DNA from: Lama glama
Lineage: Eukaryota
Direction of reading: 5' to 3'
Length of the DNA stretch: 64,000 nt
Assembly: GCA_028534125.1 (NCBI GenBank)
Contig: CM052816.1
Location: forward strand, 47,618,001 to 47,682,000
Position 1 is the stretch's first letter; the number at the start of each line of letters is the position of its first letter. Both the position numbers and the translations under genes were made by a program. Below are positions 12,270-25,280 of this stretch, one piece after another. The notes beneath the pieces are model-generated. The model was given only the letters and a program-made list of their open reading frames with translations, was not told the DNA's origin and did no database searches.

Positions 12270-13628
12270 TCCCCAGAAGCCAGTCCAACAACTTTTCATT
12301 CCAGCTGTTCCATCAAAGTCATCAACAACATTCCTATTGCTAAATGTAGTAATGAATTCCTGGCTCTTATTGCCCAAGAGAATATATCACACACTTTTCC
12401 TTTATTCACATAGTCTGTTTAGGTAGACACTCCCTGATGACTTTCTCCTGATTTTCCTCCTGCCTCACTGGCTGCAGTTTCTCTGTATCTTTTGCTGGTT
12501 TCTTCTTATCCCTCCAACTCTTGACATTGGTGTGCTCCTTGTGCTTCTTCCTCCCTCTGTCTCACTGACTACCTTGGTTACCCCATCCAGTTTTGTGGTT
12601 TTAAACGCTATCTATACAAGGTTGATTCCTACATAAATATCTCCCTTCATGATCTCATCTCTATTCTGCATGCACATTACATCTGGTAGCCTCCTTGACA
12701 TCTCTGCTTTGGATTTAACAGTCATTTCAAACTTAACATGTCCAAAACCTAGTTCCTGATACCTACCCCCAACCTAACTCTCCCACGGTTTTTCCCATCT
12801 CAGTAAAGGGAAACTCCATTGTTCTAGTCACTCAGATGGAAAACTGGAGTAATTTTGACTCTTGTCTTTTTTCTCATATCCCATAGTCATTGATCAGACT
12901 GTCCTGTTGTCTCTAACTTCAAACTACGTTTATTATTTGTCCACTACTCACCACTGCTTCTCCTACTTCAAACAGTCATCTTGTTACCTGGTTAATTGCA
13001 ACAGTTTCTTAACTAGTCCATTGCTTTTTCTCTTGCCAATATTCAATCTATTCTCAACACAGCAGTGAGAGTGACCTGTGAAAAACTGAGTTAGATCATG
13101 AAACTGCTCTTCTCAAAAACTTCCAAGACTTCCATCCCATTCAGCCCTAGTGACTCTTTAACCTCAGTTCCTTCTGTTTTTTCTCTTTGTCACTCCACTA
13201 CAGTCATAATTGCCTCTTTGCTTTCCTGAACTACCTCCAACACTCTTCCATCAAGGCCTTTGCATTTACTATTGTGTTTATTTAAAATTTTCTCCCTTCA
13301 GTCATTCACATGGCACACTTTCTCATTTTCTTCAGGTATTTATTGCAATGCATCCTTCTCAATGCAGCTTTCCCTGACTATATATCTAAAATTGCAACAT
13401 TTTTCTTCCAAAAAACACTCAACCTTATTTTCTTGATTTTTCTCTTTATGGATTATTATCTAGTATACAATAAAATTTGCCTATTTGTTTCATTTATTGT
13501 ATATCTCTCCCACTAGAATATTTTTCCATGAAGTTGGGAATTTTTATTTGATTTGCTCACTGGCACCCAGAACAGTGCCTAGACCAGAGTAGGTGCTCAT
13601 AAATTGTTGAATAAGGAGTAAATGAATC
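12270..13628 (+). mobile_element. L2 ORF2 3' part and 3' tail
   Basis: ttttcctcctgcctcactggctgc; catttcaaacttaacatgtccaaaac; ends with agaacagtgcctagaccagagtaggtgctcataaattgttgaataa. Confidence 0.85.
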
Positions 13629-13884
13629 TGCGTGCATTAAATAATTTGCAAAAAATACAGATTGACATAGTATTGCATAATACAGTATGCAATATATAAT
13701 TTAATCTCATCTGTCATACATACAGTATGCAAAATCTGACTGAAGTGTAGGAGCATCCAAATTGCACTATTATTGCAGAAATTTCATTTTCTCTGTATTA
13801 TTGGAATGTTGTGTTTTGTGGGTTTTCTTTTTCTTTGGTAGCTATCAATAATACAGTTATTTCCTAAGTAAAATGTAAGAAGTA

Positions 13885-14298
13885 GAGTGTGTGAGAGAGT
13901 TACTGCATTATTGATCCAACTCTTTACCCTTCTCTAATTCAGCACTCTCTGCCATATAAATTTGAAGCTTCTTAAACCATTCCCTTGATATTGAGTTTAG
14001 CCATATGATTTTCGTTGGCCAGTTGGACGTTGGCAGTTGTGTTACAAGCAGTGACTTCTCTGCCTTTGCACGAGACCTTAACTGGGCTAGTCTGTTGACA
14101 AATGAGACCTGAGAAAAGAATGAGTCATTCTAGTTGTCCCACCTGTGTCCATTGTAGATCTTCCAACCCATAGATATTTGAGCAACAATAGTCATGATCA
14201 GAACCTTCTAACCAACCAGCTCACATATGTCAAAATACATCATTACTGTTTTTGGTATTTGTTCAACAGCATTACTGTGGCCATAAATAACTGGTAGA
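13885..14298 (+). mobile_element. MaLR (MLT1-like) solo LTR
   Basis: cccttgatattgagtttagccatatgattttcgttggccagt and the 3' end gtatttgttcaacagcattactgtggccataaataactggta match recalled MLT1 hallmarks. Confidence 0.7.
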
Positions 14299-17200
14299 GA
14301 ATGATTTATAATGCTGGAGAGATATGTCTTTATGCTTTAGAATTTTGTTTAAATAACTAAATATATTTTGAAAGACAGTCATTCAGACAACATTTTAAGT
14401 TAAAATTCTAGTAGTCTAAAGAAAACAGAAATATTAAAGGCAATAAGTTTTAGAATGGTAAACATTGATTTTAAACATCTTTCTCAATTAGGCTCTTAAT
14501 ATAAGCTAGATGTTAACTTATGCATATAAATAAATAGCCTTATTACAATTTCCTGGAAAAAAAAGTTTGATTTTCCTGACATAGTTCCAAGCATTATCTT
14601 TTGTTTTGAAGAATATTATCATTAACTTAAAAACTTTATTTAATGCCTCACAAAACATAAAAATCCCAATTTATGAATCCTGTCTAAAATGAATTTACAT
14701 AAGGAAAAGCTTATGTCATCATCAAAGAATTCAGTAGAATAACATCTATACTGATAGAAATTTGATTATGTATCCTGTTAGTATAAGTGACATGGCTCAA
14801 TTGTGTGCATGCTGAAATTCTGTGAGCCTCTATATCCTACTTTTCATGTAGTTACTAACATCAGCCCCATGATGCAGATCAAAATCAAAGCAACACCTAC
14901 ATGACCAGAAGGTTACTATGTAAACTTGCACTGGTGTGAAGAATTTTAGGAAACTTAGTTGGATCTGAATTTGACAAAGTGACTTTACAAACTTTGGGGA
15001 AAATTCAGAACCAATTTTATCTACAAGTTTCTAAGTATGTAATACTACAGGTATCTCTTAAAATTTGTGTCGTGTTATATCAACTAAAATGGAAAGTTGT
15101 TTACTTAGTTTATGATGTTTGAATATTTGTTTAAATGGATCTTAAAGAGCAACTGTATTATGAACTAAGCATTATTTTTTAGCTTAGAAATATGTAATCT
15201 CTCTTAGAGGAATTCAAAGCACTTAACACATGAATCATTGTGTGATATTTAAGCTTAAATTACTTTGGCTAAAATAGTTAAGTACTGAATATTCTACTTA
15301 TTCAAATAGAATGTGATCTGTAGAGTTACAGAATAGAATTATAATGGAAGGGAAGGACACACTGAACTTTAACATTGCCGTAATATTTTGTTTTTGAAAT
15401 CATCTAGTTTTTTTATTTTTCCAATTACGTGCATACAAGCTTCGTCTATGCTTCTCTGCAACATGCTCACATTTACAGGGAAAAAAATCATGAGTTTCAT
15501 GAAAAATACATGACATTTCCATATACATACATTTCTGAAAGTTGTAACATGGTGCATTATTTTCAGCTGGCACTGCAATTAACATAAATTGGCAGGTTAA
15601 AGATAATTTAAATGTAAAAATCACTGTACAATATAGACTACTTAGCTAAATAGTGAATAAAAATCATGAATTTTTAGCAGACCCCTGCAGTAGAAACAAA
15701 TAACTTCTTTGATTAACTGTTTGAAGTCTACTTAGAGAGAGGAATAAAAATAACTGTCCCAGTTTAATTTAATAATGCTAGTAAGAGGGCTTGGTAGGAA
15801 AAAGACTATTTCTTACTAGACTAGTTGGGAGTTTAGTATCAAACAATCTAAGATTCTACATTTTTAGGGAGTTAAAAAATACATACATACTGATACTGCA
15901 TATATAAGGGCAACTTGCATAAGACAAGCTTGAGTAGGAAAAGATCATGGGAACACCATGGTTGTATGAAAACTATGATTAAGGTATACAGTGTATGTGT
16001 ACAAATTATATACCAAGAAATTCTGTCACTGTATCAAAGGATAAAGCTGGATCTGGGCTCTTCAGATGATGCTTGGAAATCATTATGAACTAAGGTGCAT
16101 GTCTCCAGCAACTGCTATTTGATATTTTTGGTGAAATGCTGCAGTATACTGTGGTAAATAGCATAGAATAATAACAGTGGTGCTAGTATTCACTCTGTCG
16201 TAATGAGACTGCCTTTTTACCACTGCAGGCTTGGTGTGACTATCTTTATTTCCTCAGATGACTTTGCCACCTTTTATGTGGAAAGTCCAGTTGATCAGAG
16301 AGTAGAGCCATTGTGAAAACTAAAGTGCGAATGTTGAAAGGGGTAAATAAAAAGACAACAAGAATTCTCTTGAGTCATTTTGACCCCATTTAGAGGATAA
16401 GAAGTAGGGCAACTCACACACATTCCCCAGGAGTTTTACACTAATGATGACACATAGAAAATATAAAGTAGAACTAATAATACTCTGTAATTTTACATAT
16501 TTCACTTCTTCCATGCAATTGTGCTTTATGTAAAACATCTTTGATAAACTTCTACACATCCTATGACTGTATTTATGTCTATACTCCATTTACATCAAAG
16601 AAGACTTTCTACGCATCACAAAACTGCACCACATTGTCTCCTTTTGCCTAGACTGTGTATTGGGAGTGAATCATACAAGTAGTTTATCCTAGCTCAGGAG
16701 TGTCTTTATAAACTGTTGGTTTGCTAATGTCCACTCCTGAAAGAAAGGTTTTGCTGGCAAAATTGTAATCCCCTTGACCTTTTCTGGTTCTACTTGGCAC
16801 ATGACAGTGTTGTTGTCAGTCACTTCATTTACAAACAGTGTAATTGAGTGAATTATGGGATCTTTTCTAAAGCACTGGTGGTACACCTGTTCTGTCAGCT
16901 ACTCTACTGATGGATAAGCTGCATTATTCTAAGCTTCAAACGCACTCATCAAAGTGGGACTCTGTGGTTGTGTGTGTGCATACACGTGCATTTGCACCTG
17001 GGCGTGTACACAAGCTTGTGCATTTAATGGAATTTATTGAGGGTTGATTGACAGTTGAACCCAATCTAGGTGTTCTGTTCTACTGACTCTTTTTAAATGG
17101 GGACCTGCCAGGATAGGAGAAAGTTACCTGTTGAGGGTGCCCAAGTTCACCAGAGAATGAAGAAAAGAAATAGGGGTTGGAAAACTCCTATTTAACCACT

Positions 17201-18384
17201 CTGTTAAATTGAAATGTATTTAGTTTCTACTCCACCCCCATCAAAAAAGGATGAAATGTGGAATTGCAGACATACTATACCAGGCATACAGGAGTTGCTT
17301 CTAATGTTTTGGGAGTTTTTTGCTATTACTGATATTTTTTCTTTTTTTTCCTCCTTCCTCTTTCCTTCCTTCACTCCCTCTCCTTCTCATCCTCCCTTTC
17401 TCTCTTTTTCTCTTTCTGTTTTTGTTTTGAGGGTCAGAACTCTGGAATTGGAGGTAAAAAAAATCTACTGGGGAACCATCACGTCTATGCCACAGTCTAA
17501 AACATTAATACACTTTGAGCTCAGTCTGTGACAAATCAGCATTATTCACATTTCAAAGTCAGCTTTAATATCCCATTCCGGACCAGATCTTAGTGGTCCT
17601 GAGCATAATTAAGTTAGTTTCAGAGATTGTGGTCCCAACATGTAATTTCAAGTATCTCTCTGTGCCATTTACCCAGAGGCTATGATTTGAGCTACTTCTA
17701 GGACCCTTTGAGGACAGTATGTCGCCTGTGTCTAGTGATTCTGTAGTTGTGTTTATCTAATTTCTAATTCACCTCCTCTATGACTGAGTGGAGAGGATTT
17801 TACGATACATCAGCACTGAAGCATGACACCAACATTCTCACAGATGTGCCGACCTATCCTTGCCTACTTTGCTGGCAAGTCTTATTTAAAAATACTTTTC
17901 TCCTGATGATTTTAACCCACTTACAACTAGAAAATATTTAAGCTTATATCCTCTTCTTCTCACTTTATGCTTTCTTGCCAAGTTCTGATTTCAAAGTCTC
18001 AGTTTTAAAGAAGAACAAATAATTCAAAAGAAAAGGAAGGAGGGAATAGGTTCCTATCCAAGACCTAGCTCTCTACATGACACTTACCAGAAAAAAAATA
18101 GTGTTGATTAACCTGTTATTAATATTTCAGCATTTGACTCTCACGTGTTCAGATAACTAGGAAAATGTATAGATTAGTAGCAATATAATTTGCATGTTTA
18201 CTATTTTAATATCCTGAGTAAATAATGATTTAACAAAAGGGCTCACAGTGTGCTGTACAAATACTAGATAAGTTTTGTAGCTAAATATTTATAGTGCTTA
18301 ATGCTAATCATGCACAATAGGAAAAAGACAAGGGAAATAGAAAATGTTTGTAAAATATTATTAGTGAGAAATTATGCAATTCAA

Positions 18385-19620
18385 AAAATCTAAGACATAT
18401 ACATAACTTTAAATTTTCTAATAGCCACATTTTAAAATTAAAAAGAAACATATTAATTTTAGCAATATATTTTATATGATTTGTTCCAAAATAATCATTG
18501 CAACATGTAATAAACGTAAAAATATTATGAGGTATTTTACATTCTTTTTCATACTGTCTTCATAATCCATTGTGTGTTTTACACTTACAGCATATCTCTA
18601 TTCCAGATTTCAGTAGAAACACTTGATTTAGATTTCATAAACTATAAAGTTGAAATAGTATCTTCGCATACCAAAGTTATTCCAAAAATACTTAAAATTT
18701 TTGAACAACTAAATCAAGTACCAAAAGAAATCATTTCCAATAACGTTAGCATCCACATTGACAAAGCTGGTTCTTTTTCAGAAGTGATTTATTAGTCTTT
18801 GATACAAAAACATATTAATTGCAGAACTATATGTGTTCAAGTTAATTCACCATCTCTTGTGTCAACTAAGTGTAAATACATCACCTTCTAAGGAGTGTTG
18901 CTAATGAAAATCAATTCTAAATGTATAAATAGCCACAAAAACTTCCACAGGCCTTTTTCTTACAGAACATTTTTTGTAGTTTTTGCGTCCAATTTCTCTA
19001 ACAATATGTTACAATTAAAATAGTCTTCATATTGATTGATGTTTTTAAATGTGTAAATCATTATTATTGATTAAAATTACAAAAACTTCCATGTCAGCAT
19101 TTGTACCTGAGTAGGTCATGGGTCATAGATAAGCTTGAAACTTACATTTCCAAGAAAATCTTCACTTTGAGTTATCAACAGATCTTTTCAAAACAGTTGA
19201 TTTTTGTAAAACTGTTAGGCTCAATAGTGGGCACTGACAAAGAACACAGGATCACTGTATTCATTGTCTGTTTTCTCAGTAGTTCCATAAGCACGTGATA
19301 ATGCAGCACTTGCTTGTATATAACTAACCAATTATAACAAAACTACCCATGACACTTTTTCATAAACTCTGCTCAGAAATCTGAGCATAAATATTCTCAA
19401 TATGTATTATACAGAGAAATAGAGAAATAACAACCTCTTATTTTAAATTCCAATAAATGTGGATTTTTGACCTAACATAGCTGGAACACTGTCCATTGTG
19501 GTAGAAACTAGTGGGGTTTTTTTTTTACATCTAGTTCAAATTATTCTTTGATAAATGTAAAATTAAAAAAAATCTATGTAATGAGTTTAATGTTTTTGTA
19601 CACTATTAAGGACATTTCTT
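18385..19620. mobile_element. hAT-Charlie (Charlie1/MER33-like) DNA transposon remnant
   Basis: aaattttctaatagccacatt...gtattttacattctttttcatact...gtgttttacacttacagcatatctc matches the recalled MER33/Charlie1 subterminal sequence, followed by internal sequence. The right boundary is approximate. Confidence 0.65.
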
Positions 19621-19774
19621 CATTTCCCTATTCAAAAATTATTTTCTATAGTATGCAGGAGTCTCAACTAATTTATAGCTGGCTAAAGTTATAAGCTTAT
19701 ATCTTATTAAAGATTATTTTAAAAATATTCTGGGGACATTTCATTCTGATTTCAGATGACCAGTTTCACCAATT

Positions 19775-21829
19775 CTCTTGACTATTGAGACCATTACCGC
19801 ATCTCTCTCCTTCTCCTCAAGCCTCCCTATTCCCTGAGGCTCAACAGTATTGAAATTAGGCCAATTAATAATCCTACAAAGAACTCTAAAGAGTTCAAGT
19901 GAAGGGAGGAGTTGCATGTTTCTCACTTTAAATCAGAGGCTTGAAATGATTAAGCTTAGTGAGAAGACACGTCAAAAGCTAGGCCTCTCACACCAAACAC
20001 TTAGGTTGTGAATGCAAGGGAAGTAAAAAGTACTACGCCAGTGAACACATGAGTGATAACAAAGTGAAACAATTTTATTAATGATATGGAGAAAGTTTTA
20101 ATGGTCTGGATAGAAAATCACACCAATCACAACATTCTCTTTAAGCCAAAGCCTAATCCAGAGCAAGGCCCTAACTCTCTTCAATCCTATGAAGGCTGAG
20201 AGAGGTGAGAAAGCTGCAAAAGCAAAGTTTGAAGCTAGCAGAGGTTGGTTCATGAGGTTGAGGAAAGAAGTCATCTTTATAACATCAAAATACAAGGTGA
20301 AGCAGCAAATGCTGATGTAGAACCTGCAGCAAATTGTCCAGAAAATCTAGCTGAGATCATTAATGAAGGTGGCTACACAAAACAACAGATTTTCAATGTA
20401 ATCAAAAAAAATTTATATATAAAGACAATGCCATCCAGGAATTTCATAGCCAGAGACAAGAAGTCAATGCCTGGGTTCAGAGATTTAAAGGACAGGCTGA
20501 CTTTTGTTAGGGGCTAAAGCAGCTGGGAATTGAAGTTGAAGCCAGTGCTCATTTACCATTCTGAAAATCCTAGGGCCCTTAAGAATTATGCTAAATCTAC
20601 TCTGTCTGTGCTCCATAAATGGAAAAAACACAACCTGGATGATTGTGTGGCTTACTGAATATTTTAAGCCCACTGTTGAGACCTACTGCTCAGGAAAAAA
20701 AAATATTTTTTCAATCTTTCAAAATATTACTGTTTATTGACAATACACCTGGTCACCCAAGAGCTCTGATGGAGATGTACAACAAGATTAGTCTAGTTTT
20801 CTTGGCTGCCAACACGACATCCATTCTGCAGCTCATAGATCAAGGAGTGATTTCAACTTTCAAGTCTTATGATTTAAGAAATACATCTCACAAGGCTATA
20901 GCTGCCACACACAGTGATTCCTCTGATGGATCTGGGCGAAGAAAATTGAAAACCTTCTGGAAAGGATTCACCATTCTAGATGCCATTAAGAACATTGATG
21001 GTTCATGGGGAAAAGTCAAAATAGCAACATTAACAGAAGTTTGGGAGAAGTTGATTCCAGCCCTCACAGACGACTTTGAAGGGTGCAAGACTTCAGTGAA
21101 GGAAGAACTGCAGCTGTGGTAAAAACAGCAAGAGAACTAGAATTAGAAGTGGAGCCTGAAGACGTGACTGAATTGCAGCAATCTCGTGATCAAACTTTAA
21201 TGGACGAGGAGTTGCTTTTATTGATGAGCAAAGAAAGTGGTTTCTTGAGATAGAATCTACTCCTGGTGAAGATGCTGTGAGGATTGCTGAAATGACAACA
21301 GAAGATTTAGAACATTACATAAACTGATTTGTTAAAGCAGTGGCAGGATTTGAGAGAACTGAATCCAATTCTGAAAGAAGTTCTATTGAGTAAAATGCCG
21401 TCAAACAGCATTGCATGCTTCAAAGAAATCATTTATGAAAAGAAGGGCCAATCAATGTAGCAACCATCATTGTTGTCTTATTTAAGAAACTGCCACAGCC
21501 ACCCCAACCTTCAGCAACCACCCTCACCCCGATCAGTCAGCAGCCATCACCACTGAGGTATGACCCTCTAGCAGCAAAAGCTTACGACTTGGTGAGGACT
21601 CAAGATGATGGTTCGCATTTTTTTAGCAATAAAGTATTTTTAAATTAAGGTATGTACTTTATTTTTTAAGACGTAATGCTATTGCACATTCAATAGACTA
21701 AAGGATAGTGTAAACATAACTTTCACATTCACTGGGAAACCTAAAAATTTATGTAATCCACTTTATTGTAACATTTGCTTTATTACTGTGGTCTAGAACC
21801 TACCCCACAATATCACCTAGGCATTCCTG
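19775..21829 (+). mobile_element. Tigger1 (TcMar/pogo) DNA transposon, 5'-truncated, transposase disrupted
   Basis: ORFs 20245..20517 ([30 protein letters not shown]) and 20643..21122 (KILLFIDNTPGHP..NTTSILQLIDQGVISTFKSY) are pogo-type DDD transposase pieces; decayed 3' TIR caatatcacctaggcattcctg followed by TA. Confidence 0.93.
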
Positions 21830-22704
21830 TATATTAGGAGTAAAACACATAGTTGAAATGTAACTTCCATGTTTTCTAAAGGCATGATTTATGTTAGGAA
21901 AATACTGAAGGAGGAAAATATTGATAAAAAATTTTTATGAGGTGAAAACATCCTAAAATTTTAGAAAATATTTCATAAGATTTCATATTAATTTGAGAGG
22001 AAAAACGACATTAAGGCAAAAATTCTGTGAATTGCAACTTATATTTCACTTTACAAATTGAATGAGCTAGAATAGTTTGTAAAATTAACATTCAAAGCCA
22101 GAGAGAGGAGATGCATTTACATTCTACCATATGCCATCTGAGCTCCATTTTTTGAAAGATGGACAGGCTTCGTGCACTGTTCGACTTTTTTGTTTCAGTT
22201 AATTACCCAATTACTTCACAAATTATATACTTGCTTCAAGTTGTGCTATTTTGAGGTATTATATTTAAACCAATTTTCTTTCTTTTATGTTGAAAAATTC
22301 TATATTAATTTCATGTGGTTGAACGCCCCCTATTGCAAAATTTTAATTCAATCCATGAAGTTCAGCTTGGAATTTACTGTATATTTTGCTCTTTTTAGAT
22401 TCTGTTTATGTGGAATGCTTTAATAACTTGCAGATAATTCACTTGAGCACTCTCTCTCCCTCTCTCGCTCTCTCCCTCCTTTCTCACACACACAGACCTC
22501 AAATAATAGTCTAATTTTTCAACAAGTAAATGTGCTGATCCTATATGAAATATGACATTATATGTTTTTAAATAATCCCTCCCTAATGGAATCAACCTTT
22601 TATTACCATGAGTCTTTCTTACTAAATATCTAAAAACAAGGTAAAAGAATCATTAATGAAATGACATTTTTCTTCTCAGTATAGAAGCATATAAACAGTG
22701 GATT

Positions 22705-23372
22705 TTTTTCCCCTCTGATAACCACTAGTTCTCCATATTTATCTGTGAGGTTGTTTCTTTTTTGTTATATTCACTAGTTTTATCTTTTAGATTCCAAATG
22801 TGAGTGGTATTATACAGTATTTGTCTTTCTTTGTCTGACCTATTTCACTTAGCAGATGCCCTCCAAGTCCATCTATGTTGTTGAAAATGGCAAAAATTTC
22901 ATTCATTTTTATGGCTGAGTAGTATTCCATTGCACATATATATATATACATAAAACACTTCTTTATTTGTTCATCTATGGATGGATGCTTAGGTGCTTCC
23001 ATGTCTTGGCAATTGTAAATAATGCTGCTATGAACATTGGGGTACATGTAATTTTTCAAATTGGCGTCTTGGTTTTTTGGGGGTATATTCTTCAGGAAAG
23101 GGTAATATTGTAGTCATATTTTCAATTTTTTGAGAAAAGTCCATACTGTTTTCCACAGTGGCTGCACCAGTTTATATTCCCACCAACAGTGTACAAGGGT
23201 TCTCTTTTTTCCACATTCTCATCAACATTTGTTATTTGTGTTCTTTTTGATGATAGCTATTCTGACAGGTGTGAGGTGACAGCTCATTATGGTTTTAATT
23301 TGCATTTCTCTGATGATTAACAATATTGAACATATTTTCATGGGCCTGTTGTCCATCTGTATGTCTTCTTTA
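22705..23372 (-). mobile_element. L1 3' fragment (ORF2 C-terminus and 3' UTR)
   Basis: ORF 22787..23059 contains [11 protein letters not shown] and LSEIGQTKKDKYCI. Confidence 0.88.
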
Positions 23373-25169
23373 AACTGGGAATTTAAAAATCACTTTAACA
23401 TTTAAATACATTCCAACTGAAGGATAATTAGTAATCCTACTATGTGTCCAGCTCTCAGTTTGTGTATTGTCACCTACATTCATCAAGATTCATTCCTGAG
23501 ATACAGCAATGAAATTTTACAAAATTTAATCACTGTAACTTCAATATTTAAAAACCAAATATAACCTGGTTTCTTTATTTCACCTAGAAGGCCCTCACTT
23601 TATGAAATAATTCAAAATAATACTGCTCTAAAGAGCAACTTTCTTCATCTCTATACATCATTCACACGTTTTAAAGAACTTTTACGTAAACTGGAGCAGA
23701 TAATTGTTTTCCATTCTTTTAGAAACATGGTAGAATGTTCATGTATGTATCAGAATAACAGAAACAGAATGGAAGAGAATAAGCAAAGTTAATATTGGGA
23801 GCCTATAAACTTCCAGGGAAGGAAACTGAAATCATTATATATACTCCTAATCTTTTCTCAATTCTAAAATGCCATTTACAGCAAGATGATTTAGCTTTGA
23901 TTATGACAGCTTTTTGACAACACAAGATGCAATACTACATTAAATGTATGCATTGGTTGCCTGACCTATCCAAATATCAGAAATATTAAAATATTAAAAA
24001 TGGAGTTAAGGAAATGTAGTTTATGCAAACATAGAAACATTTTCCCTATATAATACGTGTATTTGTGTGTGTGCATCTGTGTGCATGTGCCTGTAAACAC
24101 ACGCTCAGTGAGAGGAAGGCAGGAGGAAGGAAGATGGACTGCTAGCTGGCCTGGGTGCATGCAGCCTTGTCTGCTTCTTGAAATTCTCTCTTCCACTGCA
24201 GATGCCTCAGGCATTCAGCTGCAGAGTGCAAAAAGAGACAAATACCCGCCCACACATCAATATTCTATTTAGTAGTTTAAAACACCTATCATCTAAAACA
24301 CAGTTCTGTAAAAATTCTAAATACAGCTGAAAATCAGTTACATAATAACAAAAAGAAAGTGCTACCAACTGCAGCACTTTTTAATGGAAATAGATAGATG
24401 CTCTGGGCAAGATCTGCTGGAGAGGGGAAGGGTCAAGCTTTGAAGATTTGATTCCCTCCTTACTCTGCTTTTTAACTTTTCACAGCAGTTACCGAGCTCA
24501 TATCTGCTTTGTGTTCTTGGTGCTTTAGCATCCTTTAAAAATATTTAATTATCTAGTACCAAGACAGGAAAAAAGGATGGGAAGATTTAAAGAGAAAATC
24601 ATGCAAGCTACATTTAAGTTTTGTTTGACAGCCCTCACTTAGATATTAGCTACGAGAACTGTATAGATTTTCTGTCCCAAAGTATACTGCAAGTACTTTG
24701 AAAGCTTGAGGTAGGGGTGTTTGGAGTGAAGTGGGAAGATAGTCCACTTACGCAGTGAGCTTCACAGAGTCTCCTATGAGTACTTTATAAATCCAAAGGA
24801 ATTGTAAACAACTTATATCATCACTATACTCTCTGTAGTCCTGCATTTGGTTTTGGTTACGTGCATATGCAACTGCCTTATTTTTGAAGGGAACAAAATG
24901 TAAGCACACAAGTACAATATCCAGACAGAAAGTTCATGCTGGATCTCAGGAAGTCTTGAAGCCCATTTGATTTTGATAAAGTTGTCATTTGAATTTAATT
25001 CATGCCAAAATGCCACAATTAAACTATTTCCACAAAAAATATTTTAAAAATTGTACTATTATAATGGAAGGTAATTTAAAAAACTCCCACATAGAAAGGA
25101 TAAGTAAAAATGTGGGAAACTGTGAATTCATGAATATCTATTGTTATATTTTTACATATATGAATTATT

Positions 25170-25280
25170 CCCCTAAATGCCATAAACTCCTAGAATAAGA
25201 GCTCTCTCTCATACTTCATTGTATCCTCGGGGTCTAATCCACTTCTGTACACAGAGTAGGCGCTTAATAAATTGTTGATG
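25170..25280 (+). mobile_element. L2 3' tail fragment
   Basis: gtacacagagtaggcgcttaataaattgttga. Confidence 0.5.

Noticed and set aside
16689..16886. 65-aa minus-strand ORF with protein-like composition
   Set aside because: No family recognised, no ATG start, and the upstream AG lacks a polypyrimidine tract.
20245..21122. Domesticated pogo transposase (TIGD/CENP-B-like gene)
   Set aside because: The frame is broken by several stops and frameshifts and the 3' TIR remnant is present, so this is an ordinary Tigger1 fossil.
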